This document shows positions 37,218 to 43,601 of a stretch of DNA of 43,601 bases, one piece after another. Numbering within the stretch: the stretch's first letter is position 1; each line of letters starts with the position of its first letter. The notes under the pieces were generated by a model that saw only the letters and a list, made by a program, of their open reading frames with translations, had not been told where the DNA came from and searched no databases. Both the position numbers and the translations under genes were made by a program. Source of the stretch: Chiloscyllium plagiosum (lineage: Eukaryota); contig NC_057718.1 in NCBI RefSeq assembly GCF_004010195.1, positions 58,560,753 through 58,604,353 of the forward strand, read 5' to 3'.

Positions 37218-37544
37218 GGATAATGATATAATGGTATTATTGCTGGACTGTTAATCCAGAGGCCCAGATAATGTTCTACGGACCTGTGTTTAAATGGTGG
37301 ATGGTGAAATTGGAATTGAGAGTCTAATGATGACCATGAAGTCATTATTGATTGTCAGGAAAAGCCTATCTGGTTTACTATTGCTCTTTAGGGAAGGAAA
37401 CTGCCATCCGTACCTGGTCTGACCTACATATAACTCTAGCACCATTGTGCTAGATTCTCAGTTGCCCTCTTGGCAATTAGGGATGGGCAATGAACGCTGG
37501 TCTAGCCAATGATGTCCACATCCTGAGAATGAATTAAAAAAAAA
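37218..37544 (+). mobile_element. tRNA-derived SINE sharing its 3' tail with the L2/Crack-like LINE
   Basis: Tail ggcaattagggatgggcaatgaacgctgg...cacatcctgagaatgaattaaaaaaaaa matches the reverse complements of 12895-12965 and 39030-39100. Confidence 0.8.
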
Positions 37545-38235
37545 CGTATCTGGAGAGAGCGAGAGAGAAGATCCATCCTGACTTGTCAGATCAACCTCCG
37601 TTGAAGGGAGCCAGTCGTATGTCAGAGCGGAGGGAGATTCCAATGCCCCAGTTCAAACATGCAGGTAATATCCTTTCTCAAATGGATTGAGCTCAGTAAA
37701 GAGTAAATATTGTGGGAATTTGGGTAGTGCTCACATGGTGTTTTTAATAAGTTTTATTTTATTAATAAAATTGATTTGAACTGCAAACCGAATTCTATGT
37801 CCCTTTGCCTCACTAACAAGAGTACTTGGTAAAAGTGTTTTTAATACATAAGCTAGTCAAAGTGTCCAAAGCATGGACCAGACTGTTCTATATTGTTTCC
37901 TCCATATATTTGTATTGACAGCATCTCGTTGATAAATGAGAGAAAAGAAGTGACATGGAAAGGCATGTTTTGGAAATTATCTTTCTCATAACCTCTTCAA
38001 CCTCTGGCTGTACAAAAACAATTTAGTCAGTGACTTTTATAATGATAGCTTAATGATAATCAAATCTTACTCTGCAAACTTCTGGTAACAGCAATGCAAC
38101 AAATGACTAGATATAGAAATGGAACATGTTGGAAACACAGCATTTGAGAGAAGAGTTAATAGCTTGGAAATTTGGTTCAAGGGTGATAATGTTTAGTTCT
38201 GACATAATTTATATTCAAATCCCAATATTCATTTG

Positions 38236-38399
38236 AAAACAAAAGTGCTGGGTACCACAGCAGTTTAGGCAGCATCTGAGGAGAATGAGGAAGGTAATGT
38301 TTCAATTCTAGATGACTCTTCATCAAAGCTGCCTGATCCACTGTAACTTCCGGCAGATTTCAGTGTAGATTCCAGCATCTGCAGTAATTTGCTCCTCCT
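38236..38399. mobile_element. Older family-3-like PLE/HHR hairpin insert
   Basis: TSD aatattcatttg (38224-38235) / aataatcatttg (38400-38411). Minus-strand TTGATGA-A-GAGTC...GAAACATT. Tail agattccagcatctgcagtaatttgct matches 3865-3891. Confidence 0.8.
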
Positions 38400-39168
38400 A
38401 ATAATCATTTGTTCATTTGAGACTTCGACCTAAAAAGATAACGGGACAATCTAATGCAGTAACCAAGGAACTTTACTTAGGTTGTAAGTAATGCCTATTA
38501 CAGCACTACAATATTTATAGGTTATAAGTAATACCTATTAAAGCAGGGCAGCAAGTTTATGGGAGTACCACAACCTCTGTTTTCCAGTTCAGCAATTTGA
38601 CATCCAATCTCTGATTTTTTTTTTCAGTGCCTCAAGGGACTTCCACTTTCACTTGTTGGCAGGATAAGTTCAAATTTCTCACGCACATTAGTCACTGAAA
38701 GCTGTCCCCTATTAACACCTTGCAAACCATAATCCACAGCATGACCAATTTCATCAGGATATTCTGATTCACCTAGACTAAGCAAGGCAGATTGCTAATT
38801 GGTTTAAAGGATACATGATCAAACTTTAATTGGCTTTTGAGGGTGATGGATATTGATTGATATCACCTAATACTTTTTGCATATCTGCTTCCTGAAGTTG
38901 TTGATAACCCATGGGTCCATGCTTTCTGTTATTTTTATTATTGTCACTTTACTAAGATAATAGCATAATATGAACTGTTGTTTATCTCGTCAAGAAAATG
39001 AGAGGCATTTGCAGTCAAGACCCAATGATTGATTTTTTTTGTTTATTCATTTTGTGGGATGTGGGCAACTAGGGCTGGCCAGCATTTAATGCCCTTCCCT
39101 CGTTAAAGCACAAATTGGGAAGGGCATTACATCCTGGCCAGCCATAGTTGCTCTTGAGAAGGTGATGG

Positions 39169-41599
39169 TGTTATGAAGTTGAAGGTATGTACTGTACCTT
39201 TAAGAGAATGAATACTGGTTGGAACTGAGAGCTTGCAAGCACCTGTCATATGACTAACTAGCAGTCTCAGAGTGTACTGGAAAATTAAAAATATGTAACA
39301 TTTGGCTATGAAATGGATACCTAAATTGGTTGCTGTTTTCACAACAATTGGAATTTAATCACTCAGTTTAAATTATGCCCTAGTTTATTAAAACCCAATT
39401 GTGTTTATGCCCCAGGATACTAAAACACACTCAGTTTAAATTATGCCGGAGGATACTAAAATCCAATCGCATTTGAATTTATTGTTTTTGCCAACATCAA
39501 ACCAGTGAGATGATCCAATGTTGGGGGCATAAAAAGGTAGGTAGTTTGAAAGTCACACAGAGTAACTGCCAGCGAGAGAGTAACTGCCTTTGAAACACTC
39601 TCTATGAAACATACCTTTTCAAATGAAACATATTCGCAGTGGGGAGTGGTGCCGGTGGAACTATGGAAGGTAGACTGTTCCACATAACCAACAAAGAGAC
39701 AAGCATAACTGAGGCCCATGTGGGTGACCATGGCTACCTCCTTCGTCTGAAGGAAGTGGGAGGATTCAAAGAAGAAATTGTTGAGGGTGAGGACCAGTTT
39801 AGTCAAGCGAATAAGAGGGTCAGTGGAAGGGTACTACTGGGGACATTGAGAGAGGAAGAAATGGAGGGGTTGGAAGCCCTGATCATCGCGGATGGAGGTG
39901 TAAAGGGACTGGATGTCCATGGTGAAGATGAAGCATTAGGGGTCAGGGAAACGGAAGTCTTGGAGGAGGTAGAGGGCGTAGGTGGTGTCCCGAATGTATG
40001 TGGGGAGTTCCTGGACTAGGGGGGACAGTATTGAGGTATGTGGAGATGAATTCAGTGGGGTAGGAGCAGGCTGAGACGATAGGTCAGTCGGGGTAGTCAG
40101 GCTTGTGGATCTTGGGTAGGAGGTAGAACCGCTCCCCACCTTTTCCTCGCTACATTGATGACTGCATCGATGCCACTTCATGCTCTCATGAGGAGGTTGA
40201 ACAGTTCATCAACTTCACTAACACATTCCACCCCGACCTTAAATTCATCTGGACCATCTCTGACACCTCTCTCCCCTTCCTGGACTTCTCCATCTCCATC
40301 AACAGTGACCAACTCAACACTGACATTTTCTACAAACACACCGACTCCCACAGATACCCTGGTCCCTGCAAAGATGCTATCCCTTATTCCCAATTCCTTC
40401 GCCTCTGCTACATCTGCTCCTAGGAGGACCAGTTCCATCACAGAACACACCAGATGGCCTCCTTCTTTAAAGACTACAATTTCCCCTCCCAAATGGTTGA
40501 TGATGCCTTCCAGTGAATCTCATCCAATTTCCACAATTCCACCCTTGAACCCCACCCTTCCAACTGCAACAAGGACAGAACCCCCCCCAGTCCTCACCTT
40601 CCACCCTAACAACCTCTGTGTGTATGATATCATTCTCCACCATTTCTGCCACCTGCAAACGGACCCCAACCACCAGAGATATATTTTCCTCCCCACCTCT
40701 ATCCACTTTCCGTAAAGACCATTCCCTCTGCTACTCCCTCATCAGGTCCACGCCCCCACCAACTGACCCTTCCGGCTCCTTCTCCTGCCACTGCAAGAAT
40801 TGCAAAACCTGCCCCCACATCTCCCCTCTCACCTCCGTCTAAGGCCGCAAAGGCACCTTCCACATCCTTCAGAGTTTTACCTGCACTTCCACACGTCATT
40901 TACTGTATCTGGTGCTCCCGATGTGGTCTCCTGTACATTGGGGAGAGAGGCTGTCCACTCACAGAGTGCTTCAGAAAACATCTCCGAGACACCTGCACCA
41001 ACCAACCCCACCGCCCTGTGGCCGAACACTTCAAATCCCCCTTCCACTCTGCCAAGGATATGCAGGTCCTGGGCCTCCTCCAACGCCACTCCCTTACCAC
41101 CCAATGCCTGGAGGAAGAACACCTCAACTTCTACCTTGGGACCCTCCAACCCCATGGCAACAATGTGGATTTTACCAGCTCCCTCATTTCCCCGCCACCC
41201 ACCTTACCCCAGTTCCAACCTTCCAGCTGAGGACCATCCTCATGACCTGTTCCATCTGTCCATCTTCTTTCCCACCTATCTGCACCACCCTCCCCTCTGA
41301 CCAAACACCTTTACCCCCACCTCCATCCACCTATTGCACTCTCAGCTACCTTCCCCTCCGGCCCACCCCCTCCCATTTATCTTTCCACCCCCTAGGCTGC
41401 CTGCTTCATTCCTGATGAAGGGCTTTTGCCTGAAACATTCTCGGATGCTGCCTGACCTGCTGTGATTTTCCAGCACCACACTCTTAACTGTCTAATCTCC
41501 AGCATCTGCAGTACTCACTTTCGCCTAGATTATGAGGTAAAGTGAGCTCTCTGGGTGTTTGGTTCAATTAACAGAGGGGTTCACCATTGTGTCGTAACA
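39169..41599. mobile_element. Solo LTR interrupted by a Penelope-like element
   Basis: Termini TGTTATGA...TCGTAACA form an imperfect inverted repeat. 4-bp TSD ATGG at 39165-39168 and 41600-41603. Confidence 0.88.
39636..41525 (+). mobile_element. Penelope-like element (RT, GIY-YIG, pLTR/HHR) with inverted 5' portion 39639-40130
   Basis: Minus part: RFYLLPKIHKPD..PIVSA and LVLTLNNFFFESSHFLQTKEVAM. Plus part: YIDD (tacattgatgac at 40151), CGLLYIG and AEHFKSPFHS. CTGATGAAGGGC at 41412. Confidence 0.93.
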
Positions 41600-42789
41600 A
41601 TGGTGAGTTACCTTCTTGAACCACTGCAGTCCACTTGCTGTGAGTTGACCCACAATGCCATTCGGGAGGGAATTCCAGGTTTTTGACCCAGCAACAGTGA
41701 AGGAACAGCGATATATTTCCAAGTCAGGATGGTGAGTCACTTGGAGAAGAACTTTAAGGTGGTGATGTTACCATATATCTGCTGACCTTATTTTTATAGG
41801 TGGTCATGGGTTTGGAAATTGCTGTCTGAGGATCTTTGGTGAATTTCTGTAGTGCATCTTGTCTCTAGTACACACTGCTGCTGCTGAGCATTGGTGATGG
41901 AGGGAGTGGATGCTTGTTGATGTAGTGCCAATCAATTGGACTGCTTTGTCCTGAATGGTGTCAAGCTTCTTGAGTGATTTTGGGGCTGCACTCATCCAGG
42001 CTAGTGGAGAGTATTCCTTTACATTTCTGACTTGTGCCTTGTAGATAGCGTACAGGCTTTGAGGGGGTCAGGAGGTGAGTTACTCGCCACAGTATTCCTA
42101 GCTTCTGACCTGATTTTGTAGCCATTGTGTTTGTTATGCATCCAGTTGAGTTTCTGATCAATGATAACTCCCAGAATGTTGATAGTGGGGGATTCAGAGA
42201 TGGTAACACTATTGAATGCCAAGGGACAGTAGTTAGATTGTCTCTTATTGGTGATGGTGTGGCATTTGTGTGGCACGAATGTTACTTGCTACTTGTCAGC
42301 CTGGATATTGTCCAGATCTTATTGTATTTGAACATGGACTGCTTCAATATCTGAGGAGTCACGAATGGTTCTGAACGTTGTGCAATCATCGGTGAACATT
42401 CCCCCTTCTAACCTTATGGTGGAGGGAAGATCATTGGCAAAGCAGCTGAAGATGGTTGGGCTTAGGATACTCCCTGAGGAACTCCTGCAGATATTTCCTG
42501 GAGCTAAGACGATTGATCTCCAACAAGCATGACCATCTTCATATGCGTCAGGTATGACTCCAACCACCGAAGAGATTGCCCCGTGATATCCATTGATTCA
42601 GTTTTGTGAGAGCTCCTTGATGCCACCCTCGGTCTAACGCAGCCTTGATGCAAAAGTCTGTCACTCTCATCTCACCACTGGATATCTTTGAGCTTTTGTA
42701 TCAATCTTCACTGAATTTAGTGAAGTTCCCATTAAATCAGTTATCACTGACCATTTTCTGTTCCCTTAATGTCAGCTGTTATCTAAATA

Positions 42790-43601
42790 ATTTTGGTTTA
42801 GCCGCATTTGGATTCTGGGTAATCCAAGATGGAGGACGGGAAAACTTTCTGGCTGTAAGAGCTGCTCCTTTTTTGAGGTATGTTAGGTGTTGGAGGTGAT
42901 TTCCTCGAATTCCAGGAGCAGCAATTACTGTTTTACATGCTGTTGCACTGTTTGGGAACTTTGGAAAAAAAAAGTCAAAACAACAGCAGTTTAAAAGGGA
43001 GAAGAGCAGATAAAGGAAGCACATGGTGAGGACAGTGCAGGAGAGAGAGAGGGAGAGAGAAAACATGCACAGTTACCGTCTTTGCTGTTTGAATTCATGT
43101 ATTGCTGGACATCGGAGGGCATCTGGGAAAATTAACAAATAGTGAAATTCACAACTAATCTTGGAGGAACTGTTGGGCGAAGTTCACAGCACAGAATCAG
43201 ATAAGTTAATTGTTGTTTTAAGTCTGTCCAAGAGAAAGGCTGCAGTAGATTCTTTCTTGATTATATGTTTTTGGAGATAAGTCTCTTGATCAAACTTAAA
43301 ATATAAGCCATAGCTATTAATTTAACCTGGGGCAGTGTTTGTAGAGGAATAAGACGGTGTTACTTTCTGGGTCTGTAGATTGTGAAAGAGCAAAAATGGC
43401 CTTTGCAGTGATATGTACTTCTTGTCAGATGTGGGAGTTTAAAGAGAGTTTAAGGGTTACTGCAGATTATATCTGCCATAAATGCTTTTGCATGCGAATC
43501 TTATAAGATCGAGCGGATCGGTTGGAGAGATAGATAGAAGCGATGAGGAATTTGCAACAGCAGCAGTATGTGATGGATGGCAGTTATAGGAAGGGGGGAA
43601 A
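42790..43601 (+). mobile_element. 5' end of a CR1 LINE: 5' UTR and start of ORF1 (ATG at 43396), runs off the window end
   Basis: MAFAVICTSCQMW...DYICHKC (CxxC..CxxC) followed by a coiled-coil region with in-frame stops. YY1-like caagatggagg near 42825. 5' boundary approximate. Confidence 0.75.

Larger units (their letters stand above)
39030..42690 (-). mobile_element. L2/Crack-like LINE (RT to 3' tail) split by a solo LTR
   Basis: GSILSPTIFSCFANDLP...MFTDDCT, INILGVIIDQKLNW and KKLDTIQDKA. The tail rejoins across the LTR (gaaggtgatgg|tgagttacc). Confidence 0.88.

Noticed and set aside
36961..37254. 97-aa ORF with a protein-like stretch GLGAEGDRSTPSNSE
   Set aside because: Overlaps the antisense of a probable L2 fragment and runs into a SINE.
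37590..37664. 75-bp phase 1-1 candidate exon (DQPPLKGASRMSERREIPMPQFKHA)
   Set aside because: Good donor but a weak acceptor, next to a SINE tail and GA repeat. No recognisable homology.
40155..41415. Multiple long overlapping ORFs as novel genes
   Set aside because: Alternative frames of a C-rich, frameshifted Penelope ORF.

Overview
Vertebrate DNA, almost certainly from a shark or ray: it carries a young HE1-type V-SINE and HER1/CR1-type LINEs. It reads as intron or intergenic sequence, most of it decayed and nested retroelements. These include a near-full-length CR1 LINE (about 4865-10215, minus), many CR1 fragments, L2/Crack-like and RTE LINEs, two solo LTRs with 4-bp TSDs, SINEs, and at least 12 Penelope-like element (PLE) pieces. 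Almost all ORFs in the track are TE remnants or noise. No host gene is recognisable, only a few weak candidate exons. The most interesting signal is a set of minimal hammerhead-ribozyme (HHR) motifs from three PLE-derived families. They sit in short, often palindromic inserts with 11-15 bp TSDs. One insert carries a tandem pair of HHRs with a compensatory U3-A8 core. Also notable are two PLEs with 5' inversions and a template-switch junction with a perfect 120-bp inverted duplication. Family names come from recalled motifs, not database searches, and boundaries without a TSD are approximate.
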